DNA from: Octopus bimaculoides
Lineage: Eukaryota
Assembly: GCF_001194135.2 (NCBI RefSeq)
Contig: NC_068999.1
Coordinates: forward strand, 52,567,893 to 52,609,140
Reading direction: 5' to 3'
DNA: 41,248 nucleotides
The first letter of the stretch is position 1. Each line of letters opens with the position of its first letter. The notes beneath the pieces are model-generated. The model did not search any database, was not told the DNA's origin, and saw only the letters and a program-made list of their open reading frames with translations. Positions 11,459-22,901 of the stretch are shown here, piece by piece. The translations under genes were made by a program, and so were the position numbers.

Positions 11459-11635
11459 TTATAAAATTCGAATTTGTTCAGCAGAATCAATTGAAAGAAT
11501 ATTATTTTCTAGACAAATTTTAGGATTCAAGATACAAATACACTGACCAACTTTCAGTTGGTCCCAGGAAAAATATGGATATGGATCAAAGTCATTGAAA
11601 TGAAATAACAAAATTCTCTGCTTATCATCAGTATC
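11459..11635 (-). CDS. Gene B, terminal coding exon (exon 9), paralogue of gene A last exon
   Basis: Long U-tract then AAAG| acceptor. Translates DTDDKQRILLFHFNDFDPYPYFSWDQLKVGQCICILNPKICLENNILSIDSAEQIRIL*, sharing PYFSWDQLKVG and ICIL with gene A. Confidence 0.85.
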   Translation of the reverse strand, partial: DTDDKQRILLFHFNDFDPYPYFSWDQLKVGQCICILNPKICLENNILSIDSAEQIRIL

Positions 11636-12374
11636 CTTTAAAAAAAAAAAAGAAAAAAAGTTTATTATTATTTAAATGAAAATATGCATGTAAATACATT
11701 ATTTAGTACCTAGCTTCTAACAACAGTTGTATTCTATCCAATACTGTCAAACACAAAATACATATTGTAGGATAGATGATCGAATAAAATATTTTCTTTA
11801 TGAAAGAACTTCAGTTTTTATGCTTTTACAACTTTTTTACTGCACTGCAAATATTTTGAAGGTCTATCATAACCATCTTTTATAGTCTGTAGTGAGATTT
11901 AAGAATAGCTCCAAAATTAATAAGTTTTTTGTTAGATAATGTATAAAGCATTAAATATAGAATTTTCCAAAAATCCAAGTTAATGAAATATGTTGCCAGC
12001 CCTATGATCCACACTCCAAAATAGCTTTAATAAATCAAAATTATCATATATAAGAGGGGATAGATTTGTACATTGCAGCAGTAATCTTTGTACCATAGGT
12101 CACAACAACTTTGTGATAACTTACAATCTCTTTATTATTCAATAGTTTCAATGATGTAAGAGCTATTGAAAACAACTGGATCTGTTGAATTTAGCCCTTC
12201 CATTTGTACTTGTTCAGGATTGCTATCTTACTTTAAGCAATGACATGTCATAAAAGTAATCATAAGAAACAAAACTTAGAGGTCTACACACATATAAAGA
12301 CATAAACTCTAACATGCATACTTTCTCTTGAGCTACAAGTTCTTTTATATCAGTTTCCAATTGCAGCTACCTTT

Positions 12375-12416
12375 GGGGTGGAGGTAAAGGACATGGACTG
12401 CACCCCCTTTCGGTCA

Positions 12417-12447
<31 letters not shown>

Positions 12448-12713
12448 TTTTTCTACAGAAACCCCACCTTTTCAACTGCAGAGATTGTGAATTCCCCACC
12501 TAACTTTTCACTTCTTTTAGAAGTGTTTTTTTGGCAAAATATATAGAAAAATATGGAGATTATGATTCTGAAAAAAAATTTTGGTAAAATTTCACTTTTG
12601 AAATGCCGATTTTTTTGCGGATTCGGAATCACTGCAGTCGAAAAAGTGGGTTTCTGTAGAAACTGCTCCACCCACCAAAATGGGGTGTGGTCTATGTCCT
12701 TTACCTCCACCCA
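12375..12713. mobile_element. MITE with ~32-bp TIRs and internal sub-TIRs
   Basis: Left GGGGTGGAGGTAAAGGACATGGACTGCACCCC vs right reverse complement TGGGTGGAGGTAAAGGACATAGACCACACCCC. Inner arms TTCTACAGAAACCC..CTTTTC.ACTGCAG.GATT. Both flanks read CTTT (candidate TSD). Confidence 0.8.
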
Positions 12714-13331
12714 CTTTCAGTTACTGTTGTCAAACTACACAGCTGCTCTGAGCCATGTTAAAGAGATCCAACTGATCAGCTTCTCTACATCTTAGGTGGC
12801 ACATCAAAGGATACAATGCATTTCTCTTTAAACAATACATCAGTCAAATACTGAAGAAATTGCAGTCTTTGTTATTTAGGACTGGCCAATACTATTCAAA
12901 TGAATTATTTTTTTTAATATATTTCTTCTGGTTGTGTAAATTCCAATTGAAAATAATCCCATCTCTTAAACCTCATCTGATCTTTTTGATTCCCCACTAA
13001 AAATATTCCTACCAATACGAAGAATTCTCCCCTCTTTTTCTTCTCAAATATGATGCTTCTTTAATCAGTACTCCCAGAGAAATCCTCCATACTTATTGCC
13101 CAGTCTATGTCGACATCCAAACCATACAAACTAGATAAAGCTTCTTCAAAACTATTTCTTTCTACTTCAACAGACTTGCCAATCTATATACACTAAGTGT
13201 ATACATATACACTAAGTGCATATATACATCATGTTCTATCGAGATTATAATCATCCCTGATTTGTTACAACATTTAGTATCTGAGTATGTGTAATGTAAA
13301 CAACAATAAGATTGAAGTTGAAAAATGGATA

Positions 13332-13381
13332 ATGGGGATATATGCCATATTTCAGTTCTTGCGCCTTCATCAGCACCCCAT
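13332..13381 (-). ncRNA. Degenerate type I hammerhead-ribozyme-like motif (copy 1)
   Basis: Minus strand ATGGGGTG-CTGATGA-A-GGCGCAAGAACT-GAAA-TATGGCAT-A-TATCCCCAT. Stem I pairs; stems II and III are mismatched. Confidence 0.4.
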
Positions 13382-13727
13382 CCAACCCATTAACCATCCA
13401 TGAACTCATTGCTTAAATAGTCACTAAATATAGCAGTGTAACATTAGTGAATATACTAATTTTACATATTAAACACATTCCTGAAAGTTGGTATGTAAAT
13501 ATTAATGACCTAAAGGGACACTGTATTTTGTTATGTGACTATAATATAAAAGTGTTTAATATACTTTATAATATAAGACAATACTGTGTTAGCAGTGCTA
13601 CTACATCACTTGTTAAGGTTGCCTCTACAGATATTCTATAGAAATTATAGCCAGCACTGATTTGATATGACATTTTATATCTGAATATGCCTAATGTAAA
13701 CAACAAGATCAAAGATGAAAAATGGTT

Positions 13728-13781
13728 ATGGGTGTGTATGCTACATTTCAGAAACTCTTGCTCCTTCATCAGCACCACATC
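13728..13781 (-). ncRNA. Type I hammerhead-ribozyme-like motif (copy 2)
   Basis: Minus strand ATGTGGTG-CTGATGA-A-GGAG-caagagt-TTCT-GAAA-TG-tag-CAT-A-CACACCCAT. Stem II is 4 bp with wobbles, stem III ATG/CAT, putative AUA cleavage triplet, stem I only partly paired. Confidence 0.5.
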
Positions 13782-14229
13782 CAACCCATTAACCATTCAC
13801 GAACTCATTGTTTAAAAAACCATTAAATAGAGAATCTGTAGAGATAACCTTAACAGGTGATTTTATAGCACTGCTAACACAGCAGAAGACAGTATTGATT
13901 TATAAAGCATTTAATATACTTTGTAGTATATTATGGTTGCATAACGAAATAGAGTGTCCTTATCATGTATGAAGGTACCTCTGGTCACTTCAAACCAACA
14001 AAGCCACTGGCCCTAACAATGTTCTTTCTATTATCATTAATCAGTACTTTATATACTGTGTTCAAATTCTGAGATTGGCTTGGCCTTTCATCATTTCAAG
14101 GTGGATAAAACAAGTAACAATTAAGCAGTGGGGGGGGGGGGTTAATGTATTTAACTAACCACTCCTCTTAAAAAGGCTGGCCTTGTGCCAAAATTAGTAT
14201 GAATTATTTTTAAACAGTTCACCCAAGAG

Positions 14230-14760
14230 ATACTCCTTAGATTCATCAAATTCTTTCTCTCTTTCTCCCCAGGGACTATCACAATCTCTGGAAACAAAAC
14301 ACACAACAGTCTGTCCCATTTCCTCAAATGACAATCCCACAGACCATGTCAGCTATCATCCTATTTCACTCACTTTCAACATCTTTACAACAACCACTTT
14401 TTCCAATAGCTAACCATCCAGTGCAGCTTTTGTAAAGTTAGATCTACAGGAGACCCAGTGTCACTCACCCTTGAGCCATTTAGTAAAACCAGTGTTATTG
14501 CTTTTGCCATTGCAAAGCAATCAACTGGGCTTGGCATGCAAACTTCCTGACAAAACTGTCTGCCTGTTGGCTTCATCGATCTCTTATGTCTTGGGTCTGA
14601 CAGAATGCACTATCATAGTGAGTGTTGATGGAGCTCTCTGACTATACAATGACTCTGGTGTGCTCCAAGCTTCAGGTTTATTACCCAATACTCTTCTTCT
14701 AGTGTATCAGTGTGCTGTCATCCACAACAATATCAATTCATATACATATACCTCCTTTCA
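14230..14760 (+). mobile_element. Highly degenerate CR1/Jockey-like LINE RT fragment
   Basis: Remnant motifs NPTDHVSYHPISL (cf. NYRPISL), AWHANFLTKL, VDGALS and SGVLQ (cf. SGVPQG). Broken frames. Confidence 0.55.
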
Positions 14761-15646
14761 TTTCTTCTTAACCTTCCACAATTAAATATCATCCGTGATC
14801 AGCCTAGACACCTCAAGTAACATGAACACAGACCTCAAAAACGTTCTCTAATGAGATCATGCCATTCTTATCTCTTTCAACAGCAAAAAGATACAATCAC
14901 TTCACATATCAGGAAAACAATATTCAAACTACATGGATTCTGTTGAAAGTAATACGCAAGAAGGTATTACCTTTGTATGCATTAACTAAATATCCGAGAA
15001 ATTACATACCCTTCATATGGCCAACTCTATTCAAATAGCTCAAAACCTATTCCTTGTTTTTCTATATAAATGGTCTATTTCATTACTAGTTAACTTAATA
15101 CTTTTCACTATTGTAAATGCAATTCATTTTGAATTGTTGAGTTAAGAGAAATTCTACAATATCACTGAAATTAATGTACAAGATTCTAGGTAACCTCTCA
15201 ACCTATTCAATGTAACAAGCAAATTTCCCTTTAGAAAAATATTTAGTGATTTTATGATAAATAGAAACCATATGTTTAAAGCTTAAACCCTTTCAGTATA
15301 TAAAGTCAGGATAGGAACAAACAGAAATTCCAATGAAATAGTAATTTTGAATGCAATATATTAGATTTCATTGATTACTGTGCTTATAAAGACATTTTGT
15401 AAATTATTTACTGCCATTTGATTATTTCACATTTTGATACTTTTAATAAGTTTGACTTAACTCTATCTTCCATTCACATTACTCCAAAATAATTGATATA
15501 TATATATATAAATAAACTATTGCAGCAGATTTAACACATAAACTTCTGAGCAGTGATTGTTCTCTGAACATAGACATAATCATATTTAGAAAAAAGGAAT
15601 GAGTGGAGAATGATAGAAACAAAAAAAACAAATAAATGGGAATGGG

Positions 15647-15702
<56 letters not shown>

Positions 15703-15746
15703 TGNNNNNNNNNNAGAAACAAAAAAAACAAATAAATGGGAATGGG

Positions 15747-15804
<58 letters not shown>

Positions 15805-15860
15805 TGTTCATATATAATTAAAAATATATAAATTGAATAAAAGACTACAAATATACTCAC

Positions 15861-16036
15861 TAGAATTAAATAATTTGGTTTATAATAAAAATATTCTTCT
15901 TTTAGTATGAAAGCAACAAGAAGAACATTTCCTTTCTGAATAGCTTTATCTTCCATCATAAAATCAATGAATGTAGTAACTATTTTAAATGAAGGAAATA
16001 GCGCTTTTGCGTAGTGTAGAGTTTTGAAGAAATTAT
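15861..16036 (-). CDS. Gene B, exon 8 (phase 1-0), paralogue of gene A exon 2
   Basis: Acceptor TTTTAG|, donor |GTGAGT. Translates (Y)NFFKTLHYAKALFPSFKIVTTFIDFMMEDKAIQKGNVLLVAFILKEEYFYYKPNYLIL and aligns to gene A exon 2 (NF.K..H.A...FP; N.LLVA.IL). Confidence 0.85.
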
Positions 16037-17499
16037 CTAAAAGAAAAATTTAGAAATTGAAATTATACAATAAGAATAAATCAAAGAAGTAAAAATATGA
16101 GAGCCATAGCCCATTTCAAGTTGAAATCGGTGTTAAGTATATAGTAGAGATGGCATAGACAAACAAGATAGATATATTGTCCTATTGAGTTAAGTAAGTC
16201 CTGTTCTAAGTTGAAACTCATCAAAATTGACTTTTTCTCTAATATGAAGAAAATAAGTATCAGTATGTACTGTAATCTATTCAATTATATATATATATTT
16301 TTTTTGTAACATACTGGACACATGACTTGGTTTTTAAAAAAATCACTTCTTCATAAGCTTTTTTTATATTTGAGAAAGTGTCCTTTGAACTCTTTGGAAT
16401 GAGTGTTGAGGTAGAAAGAAATATATATAGAATATATTATAAGAATATATATGGACACTAGTACTTGAGCAGTACTTAATTTTATGAACTCCAGAAAAAT
16501 GGGAAGTGAAGTTGAGCTAGGTAAGATTCTGACTCAGAATTTAAATGAAGTAGCTAAATATTGCAAAGCAATTTTGTCTGTTTCTCATTTCAGTCAATCC
16601 ACAGCCTTGCTCTTTGGCATTTATATATATAGAAAGACAATTTACCCAAGTTTAGAAATTGTATGATAATATTAATCTATATATTAATAAGAATGGCGAA
16701 TGAATGTCAGTTTGGAGTAGCTCAGAGTTGACCAGCGGTACAGAAATGGGGATATGAAATGGTTTGGAGTGGGAGGGAGGCAGTGAGAGATGGATAAAAC
16801 AGGGATAGAGAGAACAACGGTATAAATTATGGTAAATATGGGTGGGAGTGATAATGGGTTCATGGGAGGACCCAGTTGTCTGGATGTGGAAAAGAAGATA
16901 AAAAGAAGCAGGTATAGACTTGGCAAAAACACGAGGTGAAGAAGCCAGTTGTGTGCATATACAATATGTCCTGGCACCTTGTTAACACTACCTTTAACTC
17001 TCTTTGTGGTACTACTCCTTACTGGCTCTGTACCACAAGGGTAAGCACAGGAGAGAAGACGACTAGCAGAATAAACGGTTAAAAGAATCAACAGGAAAGC
17101 CAATGGTGTAGCCTTCCTCAAGAAAAACTATCTTCAGACTTTGTCATTCAGATTCATGGTCACCAATGCCTATTGGCATGGCACATGAAAAAAAACAGAC
17201 ATATTTGAGAGTCAGTATGAGTGGTAGAGTAAGAGAGTTGGCAGAGAACAAGATTAAATGCTGTTCCATATTGAGTTCTATCCAGGTGTACCAAGTTTGA
17301 ATGCTTCCTGGCTTAATTGCGCTTTTCAGCTTTCTGAGATCAATGAAATAAGCAGGAACATACCATTAGTGGTTCAATGGCCTGTATGACTTACCTACAA
17401 ATTAGTGGGCCTTGGAGCCTGTGTGATAAATCAATAAATGTAAGATATTCACTGTTTTAATATACTTATTCCAAAATTATTTCAAAACATAGAACTTAC

Positions 17500-17658
17500 A
17501 TCTGAATGTTTCTTTTAAGTTGTTAGAAGATGTACATAATTTCTTGTGACGAGGCCATGCAGATTTTTGACAAGATTTTGAGCAATATTTTGCATTCTTG
17601 CACTGACTACATTTCATTAAATGTTCATCTAACTTTCCACAGTTAGCACATTTTTCAG
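17500..17658 (-). CDS. Gene B, exon 7, MYND finger 8 (phase 1-1, 159 nt); direct paralogue of gene A MYND exon
   Basis: EKCANCGKLDEHLMKCSQCKNAKYCSKSCQKSAWPRHKKLCTSSNNLKETFR. Donor T|GTAAGT. The acceptor AG is the first after an AG-free stretch and aligns with gene A's. An in-frame ATG at 17671 is an alternative (unspliced) start. Confidence 0.85.
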
Positions 17659-18139
17659 CTTCATAAATCATGGAACCAACCAATGCATGTAAATAAAAGA
17701 TATACATCAACATATACAAAGGATTATTTTTTTTAAACAGATCTCATAAGAATGACAAAACAATGTCAGTCTACTTACATAGAAAATCAAATGTAATTTA
17801 TATTTTTGGTTGTTTCTTCTAACAAAAAAATAAGACAAAACAGTAATTAGATGATGTTATTTAATCATGTATTGAATGTTAATTATTGGATTAAATTAAT
17901 TTGTTTAACATCTGTTTTTCCATGGTAGCCACAGGTTGGACAGAAACATATTGAAGCTAGATTTTATGGTCAGATGCTCTCCCTGTCCCCATTCCTTACT
18001 TTTTTCTCAACTAGAGGTTTTCTCACAGGTCTTTAAAGGTGCAGACTGATCAATGAAAATATCAACAAGGGATGTTAAATACTATTCACTGTTTCACTCA
18101 AGTGAAACCATAGGATGTCAACATTCATGCATACACACT

Positions 18140-18295
18140 GTACACATAGGCTTCCTATAGTTTCTGTCTACCAAATTCATTCACAAGGCATTGGCCAGCC
18201 AAGAGATATAGTAGAAGACATTCATCCAATGTGGGACTGAACCTGAAACCTCATAGTTGTGATACAAACTTCTTAAGCACATAGCCATGCCTGCA
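18140..18295 (-). mobile_element. SINE family 2 head fragment
   Basis: AGTTTCTGTCTACCAAATTCA.TCACAAGGC.TTGG...ATAGTAGAAGACA...CTTCTTAA.CACATAGCCATGCCTGCACC. Confidence 0.7.
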
Positions 18296-18439
18296 CCATT
18301 CCATGATTCATCTTACCCCTGTATGTCCTGAAAACAAATGCTGCCTGTTATTCATCTCACTGAAATATATAGAATAAGTACCAATATACGGGATCTTTCA
18401 AATGACTACCATTTGCTTACCAATTCGTGACCTTGAAAC

Positions 18440-19300
18440 AATGTGATGTGATGGGGTACCCAAAAGTGACCAGACATGTTCTCTGTGGGACAAGCCATTG
18501 TAGTTCAGGCTTCCACTGCCAGAAGCCATTTGATGCAACCCTCAGGCATCAGTCTGCTGACCAGCAGCATTGGCTGATGTTGTACTACCATGTGATGTGT
18601 CTTTATTTGGCAGTGCTTCTCCACTGGCCATCGATTTTTGTGATGGTTGAAATGAAGGAACAGTGTGTTTCTGTGAATTCCTGTTTACTACGGGGAAAGC
18701 AGCAACCAAAACAGTTGTCATGCTTCAAACAGTTTACAAGTATTGTTTTCATGCTTTAGGAATGGTCCCTTGTTGCTTGAAGATCAATCTTATTCAGGGT
18801 GACTGTCAACCTCCTGAACGAATGAAAACATCACAAAAATTCATGAACTGATCTTGTGGGGACTGTTGCTGAACGATTGACAAACTTGTTGGTATGACTG
18901 GTGTGTCCTGGAGCTCCTGCCAAAGAATTTTGAGTGAGGAATTGTGAATGAAAAGTGTTGCAGTAAAATTTGTGCCTTGCTTGCTCTTGGAAGATCAAAA
19001 ACAATCATGACTGAATGCGTGTCGTGAACTGAAAGAACGGTTGGAAGTTGATTCGGACCATTTTTTGAAGGTCATCCCTGGTGATGAAAGCTGCTGCTAT
19101 GGTTACAACATGGAAATGAAACAGCAATTAAGTCAATTGAAGCATTCAATGTCACCATGCCCCAAAAAAGCGCATCAAGAGAAGTCCAATGTCGAGATGA
19201 TGCTGGTTTGTTTCATTGATGCGAAAGGAATTGTCCACGCAGAATTTGTTCCTCCTGATCAAACTTTTAACCAAATCCAAGTTCAAACTCTTCCATAGTA
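18440..19300 (+). mobile_element. Mariner-family transposase pseudogene (internally deleted, 3' truncated)
   Basis: MVEMKEQ..VNF....GKAAT.TVVMLQT, KFVP.LL, GDESCCYGY..E.KQQ.SQ.K...SP.PKKA...KSNV..ML.CF.D.KGIVH.EFVPP.QT.NQ, with the first catalytic D (GDES) visible. Frameshifts and stops. Confidence 0.9.
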
Positions 19301-20742
19301 AGTAAAATTATGATAATTCTGTTATGTTAACCTTTTTGTTACTATATTTATTTTGAGATGCTCTGTGTTTCTTTCAATTACTTTAAATATAACATAGAAT
19401 TTAGTAAAATAATTTAGTTATCATTCAGCTAGTGTTAGGAACATAAATTGTGACCAAGGTTTGGTGGAAGATTTTAATTCAAAACTTATGAAAACAAGAC
19501 ATTTGTATTCAGAGCCAGAGCTGGTTTCAGCCAAGTTGGTAACAAAATGGTTAAATATCTAAAAAACTGATACAATTCCTTGTTTGATTTGATGCATTCA
19601 ATGAATTAACTTGGTACTATAGGCTACCAAGCAGTAATAGCAATAATATAGAATCATTGATGCTCAAGGTTGAGCATTCCTCTGCACATACCAGAAGTTT
19701 TGAGGGAGGCTGGCAGTTGCCCATGCATAAATGCAAGCCTCCCCTTTTCATGCCATGAATATTTATCCAAGAGAAAGGCTACCGAGTTAGACTAATATAG
19801 CTTGGTACCAGTACTGTCACAAGCCAGGACAATATTTTTTTGAAGAAGACATGCATGAAAGTCTCTCCTCTCACTGCTATTGATATTTATCCAAAGGATT
19901 GCTTTGGGCTGATACAACTTGACACCAGTGTCACTGCAGGCATTACTACCAGAACATAGAGAGTTGGAACAGATAAAACATCTTAACTGATCCTCTGACA
20001 ATTCTGCCAATCCATTCTCCTAGATTGGTACATTTTTTAATCAATCCTGAAAGGCAATATTGACCTCAGCAAGATTTGAAATCAGAATGCAGAGAGATGA
20101 CACATACCATGATGCATGGTATCCAATACTCTACTACCTCTGTCAAGTCACCACCTTTATAGTTATAATAATTATATACCTTTTACTAGGACAGACTGTG
20201 ACATTTTATCCACAGACTCTTCCTTACTGTGTAACACGATTTTTGTCCTTGGGTAGCAATTGTTATTTCCTATTTGCTTACTCCTAGAAAGTATGAAAAA
20301 TGGTTAATATTTCCTTCAAACTTTGCTTTTGTTATATTTACTCAAACCCGAAAGAATCCCTCTCAACACATGGCTACAATGCTCTCTCACCACTCCTCAT
20401 GATCAGAGATGCTCACATTGTCAGCCATTAAGGGACATGCTCAAACGGTTAAGGTTAAGCACTTGAAAAGCAAATCAGTGGCATTGAGTAGAATATTTGC
20501 TAAAATGATATTTATGCTTCAGCAACTCAGCACAGAATCTGTCTGGAATATAATGGAAAATAAGTCAGCTTCAAAACCTTGAGTGCAGGTCACAAAAGCA
20601 AAGTGTGAAGGGAATAGTAGTCATTTCCTTTGATTTCTAGAAAGGAGTATATAGGAAATAACACTTATTAACTACCCCACCCTTCAAAAGAAAAAAAAAA
20701 TTCTTACACAGTGTTATTGTTATTATTGAATCTGTCACTCAC

Positions 20743-20916
20743 CTTTGACTGATTCTTTAATGGAACTTTTATCATCTTTAGACTTTGCAGTTTTGCATGA
20801 ATTCTTGTGATGTTTCCAGTCAGCTGTTTGACAAGTTTTGGAACAATATTCTATTTTGTTGCAAGCAGAACATTTTTTCAACACTGCATCTGTCCTTTTA
20901 CACCTGGCACATTCAC
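20743..20916 (-). CDS. Gene B, 174-nt MYND cassette exon 6 (phase 1-1)
   Basis: AAACAG| ... G|GTGAGT. GECARCKRTDAVLKKCSACNKIEYCSKTCQTADWKHHKNSCKTAKSKDDKSSIKESVK, no stops. Missed by the ORF track. Confidence 0.85.
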
Positions 20917-21014
20917 CTGTTTACAGAAATGAAAATCAGAAATTATCAAACACATCTATAATATAGGTGATATTATATTGAAAAGTGTTAACATTACGAT
21001 AGCTAAGGAAAAGA

Positions 21015-21445
21015 TGGCAAGGTGGCAAAATCGTTAGTACATGCTGTTAGTTTTTCTGGTTCGTTATATTCTAAGTTCAAATCTCACAATATCACATTTG
21101 TCTTCCATTGTTCTGGAGTCAATAAGATAAGTACATGTCAAGTATTTAAGTCAGTGTAATCCAATGATGTCCTCTATCTAAAATTGCTGGCCTTGTGCCA
21201 AAATTTGAATCAGTTATTATAAGAAAGGATGGTGAATTGGTAGAATCATTAGAACTTTAGAAAAAAATGCCTTGACATAGCTGTTCTTGCTTTTAGATTT
21301 TGAGCTCAAATCCTGCTCAGGTCAACTTTGCTTTCATACCCTTCAGGGTTGATAAAATAAACTATCAGTCAAGAAGTCAGGGGGATCTATTTACCTGACA
21401 AATCCCCTCTAACAAATTTCAGATCATGCGCTTAAACCAGAAATA
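21015..21445 (+). mobile_element. Two adjacent degenerate SINE family 1 copies (21015-21210, 21228-21445)
   Basis: Both show head GG..AG.TGG.A.AATC.TTAG, AGTTCAAAT/AGCTCAAAT and core ...GTC.ATAA.ATAA. The first ends GGCCTTGTGCCAAAATTTGAA. Confidence 0.65.
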
Positions 21446-21717
21446 NNNNNNNNNNNNNNNNNNNNNNNNNNNNNNNNNNNNNNNNNNNNNNNNNNNNNNN
21501 NNNNNNNNNNNNNNNNNNNNNNNNNNNNNNNNNNNNNNNNNNNNNTAATATAAGGTGTTTGTTCTTAGTTGGTGTTGTGTGGTAAAAAGTTTGCTATGTA
21601 GTGGTGGTAAATCTTAAGTAATAGAGGAATATTTTTATGTAATGGGAGTATATATTTATGTGGTGGAAATCTAAAATGGTATTGTTGAAAAATAAATTTC
21701 TTACTTCTGTCACTTAC

Positions 21718-21891
21718 CTTTGACTGATATTTTACTGGAACTTTCACCATTTTCAGTCTTAGCAGTTTTGCATGAAGTCTTGTGATGTTTCCAGTCAGCT
21801 GTTTGACAAACTTTGGAACAATATTCCACATTGTTGCAAGCAGCACATTTTTTCAATGCTACATCTGACTTTTTACACTTGGCACATTGAC
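21718..21891 (-). CDS. Gene B, 174-nt MYND cassette exon 5 (phase 1-1)
   Basis: CAACAG| ... G|GTAAGT. GQCAKCKKSDVALKKCAACNNVEYCSKVCQTADWKHHKTSCKTAKTENGESSSKISVK. Confidence 0.85.
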
Positions 21892-22901
21892 CTGTTGGGG
21901 GAGATGGAAAACAGAAAATATCAAACACTTCTACCACATGTATGATTAAGTTTTAATGTTGTTATTATGGATAAAGTGTTTATTTGGGATAACTGCAATA
22001 ACCTTAAGGGTATCAAGTGGTTAAATAAAGATATTCCCCTCTTTTTCAATATTTTTAGGTTGTAACTCTTAATAATTATATTAATACCGTTAATGTAGGG
22101 ATTAGTTTACATNNNNNNNNNNNNNNNNNNNNNNNNNNNNNNNNNNNNNNNNNNNNNNNNNNNNNNNNNNNNNNNNNNNNNNNNNNNNNNNNNNNNNNNN
22201 NNNNNNNNNNNNNNNNNNNNNNNNNNNNNNNNNNNNNNNNNNNNNNNNNNNNNNNNNNNNNNNNNNNNNNNNNNNNNNNNNNNNNNNNNNNNNNNNNNNN
22301 NNNNNNNNNNNNNNNNNNNNNNNNNNNNNNNNNNNNNNNNNNNNNNNNNNNNNNNNNNNNNNNNNNNNNNNNNNNNNNNNNNNNNNNNNNNNNNNNNNNN
22401 NNNNNNNNNNNNNNNNNNNNNNNNNNNNNNNNNNNNNNNNNNNNNNNNNNNNNNNNNNNNNNNNNNNNNNNNNNNNNNNNNNNNNNNNNNNNNNNNNNNN
22501 NNNNNNNNNNNNNNNNNNNNNNNNNNNNNNNNNNNNNNNNNNNNNNNNNNNNNNNNNNNNNNNNNNNNNNNNNNNNNNNNNNNNNNNNNNNNNNNNNNNN
22601 NNNNNNNNNNNNNNNNNNNNNNNNNNNNNNNNNNNNNNNNNNNNNNNNNNNNNNNNNNNNNNNNNNNNNNNNNNNNNNNNNNNNNNNNNNNNNNNNNNNN
22701 NNNNNNNNNNNNNNNNNNNNNNNNNNNNNNNNNNNNNNNNNNNNNNNNNNNNNNNNNNNNNNNNNNNNNNNNNNNNNNNNNNNNNNNNNNNNNNNNNNNN
22801 NNNNNNNNNNNNNNNNNNNNNNNNNNNNNNNNNNNNNNNNNNNNNNNNNNNNNNNNNNNNNNNNNNNNNNNNNNNNNNNNNNNNNNNNNNNNNNNNNNNN
22901 N

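Larger units (their letters stand above)
13270..13970 (-). mobile_element. Penelope/retrozyme-like repeat: direct copies 13270-13440 and 13670-13840, inverted copies 13510-13640 and 13830-13970
   Basis: Direct and inverted similarity is readable by eye. Each direct copy carries a CTGATGA...GAAA hammerhead-like core on the minus strand. Confidence 0.6.

Noticed and set aside
12900-13170. ~90-codon purine-rich minus frame (IGKSVEVERNSFEEALSS...) as an alternative last exon of gene B
   Set aside because: Poor polypyrimidine tract, an internal stop and no recognisable motif; such frames are expected by chance on purine-rich strands.
15614-15806. Tandem duplication of AGAAACAAAAAAAACAAATAAATGGGAATGGGAATG(AG)nAAATTG
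   Set aside because: Identical copies on both sides of a 10-N gap indicate a contig-overlap assembly artefact.
16684-17121. 145-aa hydrophobic ORF in gene B intron
   Set aside because: No domain motif, low-complexity pyrimidine-rich 3' half shared with a repeat near 490-1100; likely a chance ORF in a decayed repeat.
19792-20010. Cys-containing ORF (CFICSNSLC) as a further zinc-finger exon
   Set aside because: Cys spacing does not fit MYND or another finger, and no splice sites frame it.
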